DNA of 64,000 nucleotides from Gemmatimonadales bacterium (GTDB lineage Bacteria > Gemmatimonadota > Gemmatimonadetes > Gemmatimonadales > GWC2-71-9). Shown in pieces: positions 51,958 through 62,378 of the stretch (position 1 is the stretch's first letter; every line of letters begins with the position of its first letter). The DNA lies in assembly GCA_038321865.1 (NCBI GenBank), contig JBBQFH010000001.1, forward strand, positions 160,001 to 224,000. Reading direction: 5' to 3'. The notes beneath the pieces were generated by a model that was not told the origin of the DNA, searched no databases, and saw nothing but the letters and a program-made list of their open reading frames with translations. The position numbers were made by a program, and so were the translations under genes.

Positions 51958-53511
<1,554 letters not shown>

Positions 53512-53518
53512 GGCGCGG

Positions 53519-53524
53519 AATATA
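53519..53524 (-). promoter_or_regulatory. -10 element, probably leaderless, for pccB
   Basis: TATATT-7 nt-ATG; no SD. Confidence 0.55.
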
Positions 53525-53530
53525 CCCGTG

Positions 53531-53556
53531 AAAAGAGCCCCGCCGTAGCGGGGCCC
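53531..53556 (-). terminator. intrinsic terminator of rpsA
   Basis: gggccccgc-TACG-gcggggctc followed by TTTT. Confidence 0.85.
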
Positions 53557-53577
53557 GGTTCAGTCGCCTGGACGCGA

Positions 53578-55311
53578 TCAGCCTTCGGTCGCGGCCGCTT
53601 CGCTCTCGTCGTACACCGGGCGTACCGGCGGAATGATCGGCTCGTCGGGATACCCGATGACCGCCAGCACGATGCGGTGGTGAATCGGATCGACCTCGAG
53701 GACCTTGAGGTCCACCGGCTGGCCTTCCTTCACCGCATCGCCCGGGTTCTCCAGGTTGGCGACACCCAGCTGCGACATCGGCACGAATCCTTCGATATCG
53801 TTGCCCAGGTCGACCACCACGCCCTTGTCCATCAGGCGGACGGCGCGGCCCCGCAGCTCCATGCCGATCGGATAGGTCTCTCCGATGCGAAGCCACGGAT
53901 CCTCTTCGGCCTGCTTGAGGCCGAGGCTGATGCGCTTGTTGTCGGCGTCGATGTTGAGGATGACGACGTCCACCGTGTCGCCCTTCTTGACGACCTCCGA
54001 GGGATGCTGCACCCGCTTGGTCCACGACATGTCCGAGATGTGGATCAGGCCGTCGATGCCGGGCTCGATCTCCACGAACGCGCCGAAGCTGGTCAGGTTC
54101 CGGACCTTGCCGGTGATGCGCGTGTTGACCGGATACTTGAGCGGCAGCACCATCCAGGGGTCCTGCTCGGTCTGCTTCATGCCCAGCGAGATCTTCTCCT
54201 CGCTCTCGTCGACCTTGAGCACCACGGCATCGATCGACTCGCCGATGCTGACGATCTTCGACGGGTGCCGCACGTTCCGCGTCCAGCTCATCTCGGAAAT
54301 GTGCACCAGACCTTCGATGCCCGGCTCGAGCTCGACGAACGCGCCGTAATTCGTGATCGAGACCACCTTGCCCTGAACGCGCGTGCCCACCGGGTACTTC
54401 GCGGCGACGTTCTGCCACGGGTAGCTCTGCAGCTGCTTCATGCCGAGGCTGATGCGCTCACGCTGCCAGTCGATGTCGAGGATCTTGACCTCGACCTCGG
54501 CACCGATCGCCACCATCTCGGTGGGATGGGAGACGCGTCCGTAGGACATGTCGGTGATGTGCAGCAGGCCGTCCACGCCGCCGAGATCGATGAACGCACC
54601 GAAGTCGGTGATGTTCTTGACCACGCCCTTCCGGACCTGGCCGACGGCGAGCTCCTTCATCAGATGCTCGCGCTTGTGCGCCCGCTCGTTCTCCAGGATC
54701 ACCCGGCGGCTGACGACGATGTTCCGCCGGCGCTTGTTGAGCTTGATGATCTTGAACTCGTAGGTCTGGCCCAGCAGCTCGTCGATGTTGGGCACCCGCC
54801 GGAGGGCGATCTGGCTGCCCGGCAGGAAGGCGTCCACGCCCATCAGGTTCACGACGACGCCGCCCTTAATCTTCTTGGTCAGCGTGCCTTCCACCGGCTC
54901 ATCACTCTCGTGCGCCACCCGGATCTTTTCCCAGACCCGCATGAAGTCGGCCTTCTTCTTCGACAGGACGACGGCGCCCTCCTGATCCTCGAGGTGCTCG
55001 AGGAAGACCTCGACCTCATCGCCTTCCTTCAGGAGATGAGGATCCTTGAACTCGTCCAGCGGCACCGAGCCCTCGGACTTGAACCCGACGTCCAGGATGA
55101 CCGCGTTGTCGGTGACGCGCAGGACCTTCGACTTGACGATTTCACCTTCGACGATCGACGCCATCGTCCCCTCGTACATCGAGAGCATCTGGTCGTAATC
55201 TTCGTCGGAGTAGTCTTCGTCGTAGAGGTCCTGCCGAACGCGGAGGCCGGTCGGGGAGGTGAACTTCTCGGTGGAGGGATCGAGTTGGTCGAGCATGAGT
55301 ATGCCTGGCAT
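53578..55311 (-). CDS. rpsA: 30S ribosomal protein S1
   Basis: Six S1 repeats (FGAFIDLGGVDGLLHITDM, YGAFVELEPGIEGLVHISEM); start 55311 or 55296. Confidence 0.97.
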   Translation of the reverse strand: MPGILMLDQLDPSTEKFTSPTGLRVRQDLYDEDYSDEDYDQMLSMYEGTMASIVEGEIVKSKVLRVTDNAVILDVGFKSEGSVPLDEFKDPHLLKEGDEVEVFLEHLEDQEGAVVLSKKKADFMRVWEKIRVAHESDEPVEGTLTKKIKGGVVVNLMGVDAFLPGSQIALRRVPNIDELLGQTYEFKIIKLNKRRRNIVVSRRVILENERAHKREHLMKELAVGQVRKGVVKNITDFGAFIDLGGVDGLLHITDMSYGRVSHPTEMVAIGAEVEVKILDIDWQRERISLGMKQLQSYPWQNVAAKYPVGTRVQGKVVSITNYGAFVELEPGIEGLVHISEMSWTRNVRHPSKIVSIGESIDAVVLKVDESEEKISLGMKQTEQDPWMVLPLKYPVNTRITGKVRNLTSFGAFVEIEPGIDGLIHISDMSWTKRVQHPSEVVKKGDTVDVVILNIDADNKRISLGLKQAEEDPWLRIGETYPIGMELRGRAVRLMDKGVVVDLGNDIEGFVPMSQLGVANLENPGDAVKEGQPVDLKVLEVDPIHHRIVLAVIGYPDEPIIPPVRPVYDESEAAATEG

Positions 55312-55392
55312 CCTTCTCAAGGCCGCGCGAACCGCGCCGCGGGAAAAAATGAGGGCTCCCGCCCCGGCGGAAGTGCCGGTGGGGAGCCTTGC

Positions 55393-55421
55393 AAAGTAGA
55401 GCTCAGGCGCGGCTCACGCAA
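55393..55421 (-). promoter_or_regulatory. promoter of rpsA
   Basis: TTGCGT-17-TACTTT. Confidence 0.65.
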
Positions 55422-55433
55422 GGTGTTCGCCCG

Positions 55434-56141
55434 TCAGGGCTTGGGAATCCTCTGCCCGGCGAGCTCGACGATGCGGCGGACCTGCTCGGCGAAGTCCATG
55501 GTGGTCGTATCCACATCCGTGGCATCGGCGGCGCGCCGGAGTGGCGCCACCTCGCGGCTGGAGTCGGCATGATCGCGGGCCGCCAGCGCCGCGGTTTCGC
55601 GCGCCAGCTCCCTCGCATCTACCGTGCGGCCACGCTGGCTGATGCGCCGGCCGGCCCTGGCCTCCGGGCTTGCCGTCAGAAATACCTTGACCGGAGCGTC
55701 CGGGAACACCACAGTCCCGATGTCCCGCCCGTCGACGACGACATCGCGCCCTTCGCGTACCAGCGCCCGGAGCCGGGCGTTGACCCACTCCCGCACCGCC
55801 GGCATCGCCGAGATGGCCGAGACGTGCTGCGTCACCTCGGCGCCGCGGATCGGGCCATCGACCGGCTCGCCATCGAGATACGCCGCAAACCCGGCGCCGT
55901 CCGGATACAACAGGAGCCCGCGATCCTCGGCGGAGCGGAGGATGGGATCCGCCCCCAGCATCGCGGGGTCGCCGCCCGCGAGGCCCCGGCGCGATGCCTC
56001 CCGCAGCGCGACCAGCGTGACGCCACGGTAGAGACTCCCGGAGTCGAGGTGGGCGAATCCGAGTGCTTCGGCGACCGCGCGGGCGGTGCTCGACTTGCCG
56101 GAGGCCGCCGGCCCATCGATCGCGACGACGGTGCCGCTCAT
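55434..56141 (-). CDS. cmk: cytidylate kinase
   Basis: AIDGPAASGKS, DSGSLYR, DGRDIGTVVFPDA. Confidence 0.97.
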   Translation of the reverse strand: MSGTVVAIDGPAASGKSSTARAVAEALGFAHLDSGSLYRGVTLVALREASRRGLAGGDPAMLGADPILRSAEDRGLLLYPDGAGFAAYLDGEPVDGPIRGAEVTQHVSAISAMPAVREWVNARLRALVREGRDVVVDGRDIGTVVFPDAPVKVFLTASPEARAGRRISQRGRTVDARELARETAALAARDHADSSREVAPLRRAADATDVDTTTMDFAEQVRRIVELAGQRIPKP

Positions 56142-57406
56142 CGCCCGCCCCGAACGGCAAGCGACCGGAGAAGCGCCTCGAATCCGGGGAAGCTGACGGC
56201 GACGCATGCCATGTCGTCTACCGCGACGCGCGCGCCGGCAACCGTGCCGAGCACCGCGAACGCCATCGCCAGCCGGTGATCGCCATCGGTACGGACGCGG
56301 CCGCGCGGGATCGGCGCATCACCCGCGACCCACAGATCCTCACCGCGAACTTCGGCAGCGGCGCCGACCGCCCGGAGGTTCGCGGCGATGAGCTCCAGCC
56401 GGTTGCTCTCTTTCACCCGCAATTCACCGACGTCACGAAAGACGCTGGGACCCGAGGCGCGCGACGCGAGTACGGCGAGCAGCGGGACCTCGTCGATCAG
56501 CCCGGGAATCTCTGCGGCCGCGACAATGGTGCCCCGCAGCAGGGACGGGCGCACGTCGAGGTCTGCAACCGGTTCATCCAGCTCCGAGCCGGTCGGTTCG
56601 AGAGCAATCTCGGCCCCCATCCGGGCGAGCACCGTCAGCACGCCGGTTCTGGTTGGATTCACTCCGACCCCGACGACGCGGAGCGCGCCGCCCTCCGCCA
56701 GCAGGGCGGCACCGAGCATGAAGGCCGCGGACGAGATATCGCCCGGCACTTGCAGCTCGAAGGGGACGACCCGCCCGGAGGCGACGAACTCGATCCAGCC
56801 GTCGCGCTCCAGCACCGTGTAGCCGAACGCCCGCAGCAGCCGCTCCGTGTGATCCCGCGACCGGCCCGCGGGCTCGCGCACTCCCAGGTCCACCCCGCCC
56901 GCCGCCGCAGCGAGGAGCAGCGCGCTCTTGAGCTGCGCGCTCGACACCGGGAGCTCATACCGGATCCCGTGCAGCCGGCCGCCGGTGATGTCGAGTGGGA
57001 GCCCGTCGCCGCGTGCGTCGATGCGTGCTCCCATGAGGCCGAGCGGTGCGGTAACGCGGGCCATGGGACGGCGGCGAAGCGAGGAGTCGCCGGTGAGCGT
57101 CGCGCGGAAGCGGTGCGCCGCCAGAAGTCCGAGCAGGAGTCGCGCGGTGGTGCCGGAATTACCGCAGTTCAAGGTCCCCTCGGAGGGGAGCAATCGGCCC
57201 CTCCCTTTCACGCGGACAGCGTGCTCCCCGCGAAGCGGGGTGATCACCGCGCCGAGCTGTCGCAGGACGCGGGCGGTGCCGCGCACGTCCAGCGACGGCA
57301 GGACGCCCCCGAGATGACTCGTGCCGCGCGCCATGGCCGCAAACATCAGCGCCCGATGGCTGATGCTCTTGTCACCGGGGACGCGGACTGCCCCGCCTAC
57401 CTTCAT
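56138..57406 (-). CDS. aroA: EPSP synthase
   Basis: PGDKSISHR, CGNSGTT, RRPMARV, SAQLKS, RDHTER, KESNR, DHRLAM. Confidence 0.97.
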   Translation of the reverse strand: MKVGGAVRVPGDKSISHRALMFAAMARGTSHLGGVLPSLDVRGTARVLRQLGAVITPLRGEHAVRVKGRGRLLPSEGTLNCGNSGTTARLLLGLLAAHRFRATLTGDSSLRRRPMARVTAPLGLMGARIDARGDGLPLDITGGRLHGIRYELPVSSAQLKSALLLAAAAGGVDLGVREPAGRSRDHTERLLRAFGYTVLERDGWIEFVASGRVVPFELQVPGDISSAAFMLGAALLAEGGALRVVGVGVNPTRTGVLTVLARMGAEIALEPTGSELDEPVADLDVRPSLLRGTIVAAAEIPGLIDEVPLLAVLASRASGPSVFRDVGELRVKESNRLELIAANLRAVGAAAEVRGEDLWVAGDAPIPRGRVRTDGDHRLAMAFAVLGTVAGARVAVDDMACVAVSFPGFEALLRSLAVRGGR

Positions 57407-57482
57407 CGGTCGCGACGATTCAGCATCATGTCAAGGACCTCGACGGTCGGGAAGACATTTGAGTTGCCCGGCGCGCGGCTCT

Positions 57483-57511
57483 ATCGTACTTATACACCGT
57501 TCGAATCTCAA
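57483..57511 (-). promoter_or_regulatory. promoter of aroA-cmk(-rpsA)
   Basis: TTGAGA-17-TACGAT. Confidence 0.55.
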
Positions 57512-57532
57512 TGCAGGTGACAATCAGCCTGG

Positions 57533-57916
57533 ATGCGTGTGGCGAAGATTCTCATCGTTAAAGCCAGCTCCGGCAGCAGGAAGCTGTTTCGCGCGATATC
57601 GACGCTGAAAGCCGACCAAGTCGTCGCCCTGGCCGGTGGCGACAGCGTGGTGGCGACCATTTCAAACCGAGCACTTCCACTGGTAATCAAGGACGTGCAG
57701 CTGCCAGGCCGAGACGGCTTCGCCGTACAGGGTGCGTTCAACAAGGCGGCCGAGCTGGCGTCAACCGTCGCCACCCTGACGGCGCATGCAACGGCCGGAG
57801 ATCGCGAGCGGGCGGCTCCGGCCGGCTTCGGCGGATACATCACGAAGCCTATCGACATTCGGGCAGTTCCTGAGCCGGTCGACCGGGCGATGAATGTGGA
57901 GATGTCGACTCGATGA
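57533..57916 (+). CDS. single-domain response regulator (DivK/CheY-like), degenerate
   Basis: KDVQLPGRDG, LTAHA..GDRER...AGF.GYITKPID; acidic pair after beta1 absent. Confidence 0.75.
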   Translation: MRVAKILIVKASSGSRKLFRAISTLKADQVVALAGGDSVVATISNRALPLVIKDVQLPGRDGFAVQGAFNKAAELASTVATLTAHATAGDRERAAPAGFGGYITKPIDIRAVPEPVDRAMNVEMSTR

Positions 57917-58413
57917 GTGTTCCGACGCCGCCAAGCCCCGAGAAGCGCGCGCTGATCGACGCGTTCGAGACCGTCATGCAGGCCGAGTCCGAGCACGCGT
58001 CGCCGATGGTGGGGTCGGGGCGGCGACTCCCCCGACGTACTCGGCCGTTCGCGTGGGTGGTGCTCGTGGCTTCGACCTCTCTTTTCGCAATTGGGGCCAG
58101 CACTCGCGCACCATGGCTCGGCTTCCCACAGCCGCTGGACGAACAGCCGATCGTGCAGGAAGCGAGCCTTCGGCTCGCAATTGCGCTCGAAGCGCAGCGT
58201 ATCGTCCGCTACCAGCGGGAGCACGGCGCGCTGCCGTCGCGCCTGGAGGACGCCGGGCCGGTCGTGCCCGGCGTTCGATACCACCGGGGAACGGGCGGCG
58301 ATTTCGAGCTGCGAGGCAGCAACGGAGACGCCTCCGCGATGTATCGGTCATCGGAAGGCTTGCGGCGGTTCGTCGGATCCAGTTACGACATCGTTACTCG
58401 GCGGGCGCAGTGA
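57913..58413 (+). CDS. membrane-anchored hypothetical protein, GspG/pseudopilin-like C-terminal segment
   Basis: One hydrophobic helix, then RIVRYQREHGALPSRLED; 4-nt overlaps with both neighbours. Confidence 0.7.
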   Translation: MSVPTPPSPEKRALIDAFETVMQAESEHASPMVGSGRRLPRRTRPFAWVVLVASTSLFAIGASTRAPWLGFPQPLDEQPIVQEASLRLAIALEAQRIVRYQREHGALPSRLEDAGPVVPGVRYHRGTGGDFELRGSNGDASAMYRSSEGLRRFVGSSYDIVTRRAQ

Positions 58414-58889
58414 CCTCGCGGCGTGCCGGATTCACGTTCATCGAGCTATTGACAGTGGTCGTCGTGCTCGGTGTGCTAGCCTCCATCGCGACGTTGCGGT
58501 ACATAGACCTGCGAAACGATGCCCTCGCCGCAGGCATGTCCGTCGAACTCAATGGGGTCCGTCTCGCGGCGTTCAACTACTGGGGCGAAAACGAGCGCTG
58601 GCCGCCCGAGGCGGCGCCCGGTGTCATGCCGAACGGCATGAGTCGCTACCTGCGGGACGGGTTTCGATTTTCGACTCCGAATTACGTCATCGACTGGGAG
58701 AATTTTATCGCTGCGGATAACTCCGTCAGCGCAGGCAATGGCGTGATGCAGGTCGGATTAACCGTGACCTCATCGGATGCCGGCCTCATACGGGCGCTGG
58801 CTCGACACGCCGCCCGGGGCGCGCCGTACTTCGTTGTCGGCAACACCCTGACCTACGTGATTCTGGAGCCGAACACGCGCGTGGACTAG
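58410..58889 (+). CDS. type IV pilin / pseudopilin
   Basis: Class III signal RRAG|FTFIELLTVVVVLGVLASIA; GTG start. Confidence 0.92.
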   Translation: MTSRRAGFTFIELLTVVVVLGVLASIATLRYIDLRNDALAAGMSVELNGVRLAAFNYWGENERWPPEAAPGVMPNGMSRYLRDGFRFSTPNYVIDWENFIAADNSVSAGNGVMQVGLTVTSSDAGLIRALARHAARGAPYFVVGNTLTYVILEPNTRVD

Positions 58890-58892
58890 CGT

Positions 58893-59759
58893 TCACTTCC
58901 GGCGCGCTCCCAGCACGTCGGCCAGGCAGGCTTCCCAGTGACGAGGCTCGAGCCCCAGTGCGCCACTGGTGGCGGTCTTGTCCAGCACACTGTACGCCGG
59001 CCGTCGCGCAAGTGCGGGAAAGTCTACCGCACGGATCGGCGTCACGGACGCAGGCCGGCTTAGGTATCCCATGCTTCGCCCGAGCCGCTCAATCGCCACG
59101 GCGAAATCGTACCAGCTGGCCACCCCGCCGTCCGTCCAGTGGTGCACGCCGCGGAGCTCGGGTCGGCCGATGATCGCCCAGACGGTCGCGGCCAGACTTG
59201 TCGAGGCGGTCGGCGTGCCTACCTGGTCGGCCACGACCCTGACCGCGCTCCGCTCCTCCATCAGCCGAAGCATGGTCGTGACGAAGTTTCGCGAGACGGC
59301 GTCGTATACCCACGCCGTGCGGAGCACAACCGCCGCCCCATGCGTCGCATCGAGAACAGCCGCCTCGCCGTCACGTTTGCTCAGGCCGTAGACGCCGAGC
59401 GGGTTGGTAGGCGCATCCGGTGAATAAGGAGTCGCCTGTGAGCCGTCGAATACGAAATCGGTCGAGAGCTGGATAAACCGCGCGGAGACGGCAGCGGCCG
59501 CGTGCGCCAGCCGTCCCGCGCCAGCCGCGTTCACGGCGAACGCGGCATCGCGTTCCTGCTCGGCCCTGTCCACTTGAGTGTACGCCGCGGCATTTACTAC
59601 GACGTCCGGGCGGATCATGCCGAGCTGCTGATCGAGAGACCCTACCCGGCCAAGATCCAGTTCGCCACGCCCGGGGGCGATCACCTCCCATGCCTCCGGC
59701 ACGGTGGTAAGAAGCGCGCGTCCAAGCTGACCGGTGCCGCCAGTGAGCAGGACCCTCAC
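58893..59759 (-). CDS. rfbD: dTDP-4-dehydrorhamnose reductase
   Basis: TGGTGQLG, NAAAYTQVD, STDFVFDG, YGLSK, DQVGTPT, RPAYSVL; start 59759 (GTG) or 59798. Confidence 0.96.
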   Translation of the reverse strand: MRVLLTGGTGQLGRALLTTVPEAWEVIAPGRGELDLGRVGSLDQQLGMIRPDVVVNAAAYTQVDRAEQERDAAFAVNAAGAGRLAHAAAAVSARFIQLSTDFVFDGSQATPYSPDAPTNPLGVYGLSKRDGEAAVLDATHGAAVVLRTAWVYDAVSRNFVTTMLRLMEERSAVRVVADQVGTPTASTSLAATVWAIIGRPELRGVHHWTDGGVASWYDFAVAIERLGRSMGYLSRPASVTPIRAVDFPALARRPAYSVLDKTATSGALGLEPRHWEACLADVLGARRK

Positions 59760-59778
59760 TCGCCGGGCCGCCCGGGCC

Positions 59779-60327
59779 TTATGCGAAACACTCCGCATCC
59801 GCGAATCGCGCGCCGGCGGCGTCTTTGACCGATACCACCGGCGACTCGGTCGGCGCCAACTCCCAGTCGATCGCGAGATCCCCGTCATCCCAACGAATCG
59901 TTCGCTCATCCTCCAAGTCGTACAGCGTCGTGCACTTGTACGTCAGCTCCGCCACATCGCCGAGCACACGGAAGCCGTGCGCGAATCCAGGCGGTATCCA
60001 GAGCTCGCGCCTGTTGTCCGCCGACAGCCGCACGGAAACGCTTCGGCCGTACGTGGCGGATGACTGCCTTAGATCCACCGCGACGTCGAGCACTTCGCCC
60101 AGGACGACCCGCACGAGCTTCCCCTGGGGCCGGCGAAGCTGGTAGTGCAATCCCCGAAGGATTCCGCGCCCTGACCGACTGTGGTTGTCTTGAAGGAAGT
60201 CCCAGTCGATGCCGGCCGCGGCAAACTTGGTGCGGTGCCACGTCTCCATGAAAAACCCGCGGTGGTCGCCGAACACGGCGGGCTCGACGACGAGCACATC
60301 CGAAATCGCGGTGGGGATAAACCTCAC
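59779..60327 (-). CDS. rfbC: dTDP-4-dehydrorhamnose 3,5-epimerase
   Basis: [15 protein letters not shown]...[15 protein letters not shown]. Confidence 0.97.
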   Translation of the reverse strand: MRFIPTAISDVLVVEPAVFGDHRGFFMETWHRTKFAAAGIDWDFLQDNHSRSGRGILRGLHYQLRRPQGKLVRVVLGEVLDVAVDLRQSSATYGRSVSVRLSADNRRELWIPPGFAHGFRVLGDVAELTYKCTTLYDLEDERTIRWDDGDLAIDWELAPTESPVVSVKDAAGARFADAECFA

Positions 60328-61199
60328 GGCGCTACCTCCCGCGCAACGCGCAGGAGGTATTCCCCGTAGCCGCTCTTGCCTAGGCCCGCCGCGAGCCGGC
60401 GCAGCTGGTCCCCGTCGATGAACCCCATGCGCCAGGCAATCTCCTCCGGCGCCGCGATCTTGAGTCCCTGGCGCTTCTCGATCGTTTGGATGAAACTCGA
60501 TGCCTCCTGCAGTGAGTCGAACGTGCCGGTATCGAGCCAAGCGGTGCCTCGGCCCAGCACCTCCATGCGCAACTGACCACGCCGTAGATACTCAATGTTG
60601 ACATCGGTGATCTCGTACTCTCCACGCGCGGAAGGCCTGAGATCGCGGGCGATATCGAGCACCTGATTGTCGTAGAAATAGCAGCCCGTCACGGCAAAGT
60701 TCGACCGTGGCGCCTTCGGCTTTTCCTCCAGCCCGACGACTTGCCCGGCGGCGTCGAGTTCGGCCACACCATACCGCTCGGGATCGCTCACGTAATATCC
60801 GAACACGGTCGCGCCCCGGGTCCGCGCCCCCGCCTCCTGGAGCCTGACGCTAAGACTCTCGCCGTAAAAAATGTTGTCGCCAAGAATCAGCGCCACCCCT
60901 TCCCCACCGACGAAATCCCGGCCGATCATGAAGGCCTGCGCCAGGCCATCCGGCGAGGGCTGTACTGCATAGCGGAATTCCATGCCCCACTGCTCCCCAC
61001 CCCTGAGCAGTGCCTCGAAGCGCGGAAGATCCGCCGCCGTCGAGATCACGAGGACGTCGCGGATCCCGGCGAGCATCAGAGCTGACAACGGGTAGTAGAT
61101 CATTGGCTTGTCGTACACCGGCAGCAGCTGCTTGCTTACGACCTGCGTGAGCGGGTGCAGCCGGGTGCCCGACCCCCCTGCGAGGATGATGCCTTTCAT
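60324..61199 (-). CDS. rfbA: glucose-1-phosphate thymidylyltransferase
   Basis: [45 protein letters not shown]. Confidence 0.98.
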   Translation of the reverse strand: MKGIILAGGSGTRLHPLTQVVSKQLLPVYDKPMIYYPLSALMLAGIRDVLVISTAADLPRFEALLRGGEQWGMEFRYAVQPSPDGLAQAFMIGRDFVGGEGVALILGDNIFYGESLSVRLQEAGARTRGATVFGYYVSDPERYGVAELDAAGQVVGLEEKPKAPRSNFAVTGCYFYDNQVLDIARDLRPSARGEYEITDVNIEYLRRGQLRMEVLGRGTAWLDTGTFDSLQEASSFIQTIEKRQGLKIAAPEEIAWRMGFIDGDQLRRLAAGLGKSGYGEYLLRVAREVAP

Positions 61200-62269
61200 G
61201 TGCCTTCTCCAAGGCCCAGGCGTTCGCCCCGGTAGGCCCCCGATTGCACGCGGGCGCACCAGTCGGGGTGGTCCAGATACCAGCGCACGGTCTTCCGAAG
61301 CCCGGACTCGAAATTGTCGACCGCGCGCCAACCGAGCTCGCGGTGGACCTTGGACGCATCGATGGCGTAGCGAAAGTCGTGGCCCGGTCGGTCCGCGACG
61401 AAGCTAATCAGTGAGCGCCGGGGGCCGATGGACGCATCGGGCGCCATCTCGTCCACGAGGTCGCAGATCGCCTCGACGACCTCCAGATTTCGCCGTTGGC
61501 TGTTGCCACCCACGATATAGGTGTCCCCCGGATTCCCGCGATCTACCGCAGTCAGCAGTGCGTCAGCATGGTCTTCGACGAACAACCAGTCGCGCACGTT
61601 ATCTCCTCGGCCGTACACGGGCAGTGGTTTTCCGGCAAGCGCGTTCAGGGTCACAAGCGGAATGAGCTTTTCTGGAAACTGATACGGGCCGTAGTTGTTG
61701 GAGCAATTGGTCGTGATGACGGGAATTCCGAAGGTATGATGCCATGCGCGCACCAGGTGATCCGAGCCGGCCTTACTAGCGGAATAGGGCGAATTGGGGG
61801 CATACGGGGTCGCTTCCGTGAAGCAACCATCGTCACCCAATGAACCGAAAACTTCGTCGGTAGAGATGTGGAGGAACCGGAAGCCCCCGCGGGATGCCGG
61901 AGGTAGGGACGTCCAGAATCGTCGCGTGGCCTCGAGCATGCGGAAAGTGCCGACGACGTTCGTGTTGATGAATTCGCCCGGCCCGTCAATCGAGCGGTCG
62001 ACATGCGATTCCGCCGCCAAATGCATGACGGCGGTTGGGCGGTACCGGTCGAAAATACGATTCAACGCCGGCCCATCGCAGATATCGGCTCGCTCGAAGT
62101 GGTAGCGCGCGTCGCAGTCGATCTCTGCGAGCGACTCCAGATTGCCGGCGTATGTGAGTTTGTCAACGTTCACGACCACCGCAGTGGTGGTTCGAACGAG
62201 GCGGCGCACGACGGCGGATCCTATGAACCCCGCGCCACCGGTCACCAAAATCACCGATGTCGAATCCAT
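61196..62269 (-). CDS. rfbB: dTDP-glucose 4,6-dehydratase
   Basis: [44 protein letters not shown]. Confidence 0.98.
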   Translation of the reverse strand: MDSTSVILVTGGAGFIGSAVVRRLVRTTTAVVVNVDKLTYAGNLESLAEIDCDARYHFERADICDGPALNRIFDRYRPTAVMHLAAESHVDRSIDGPGEFINTNVVGTFRMLEATRRFWTSLPPASRGGFRFLHISTDEVFGSLGDDGCFTEATPYAPNSPYSASKAGSDHLVRAWHHTFGIPVITTNCSNNYGPYQFPEKLIPLVTLNALAGKPLPVYGRGDNVRDWLFVEDHADALLTAVDRGNPGDTYIVGGNSQRRNLEVVEAICDLVDEMAPDASIGPRRSLISFVADRPGHDFRYAIDASKVHRELGWRAVDNFESGLRKTVRWYLDHPDWCARVQSGAYRGERLGLGEGT

Positions 62270-62333
62270 GTGTTCCGATGTGCTCCACGGCTTGAGGGCT
62301 GCGACACGGTTGAACGCTCGCACGCGGCAGTTC

Positions 62334-62345
62334 CCGAATCTACCA
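62334..62345 (-). promoter_or_regulatory. possible extended -10 for rmlBACD
   Basis: TGGTAGATT in the glgX-rmlB gap. Confidence 0.35.
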
Positions 62346-62378
62346 GTGGCGCTCGGAAAACAGGACCTTGCCCGGTCG

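Noticed and set aside
53578..55311. Internal sequence repeats
   Set aside because: Normal S1 domain repeats of rpsA
57508..58720. Alternative ORFs 57508-58284 (-) and 58091-58720 (+)
   Set aside because: They overlap the better supported receiver, membrane protein and pilin frames and have no motifs
62330..62355. JUMPStart/ops-like element upstream of rmlB (ACTGGTAG)
   Set aside because: No GGCGGTAG ops core; better read as an extended -10
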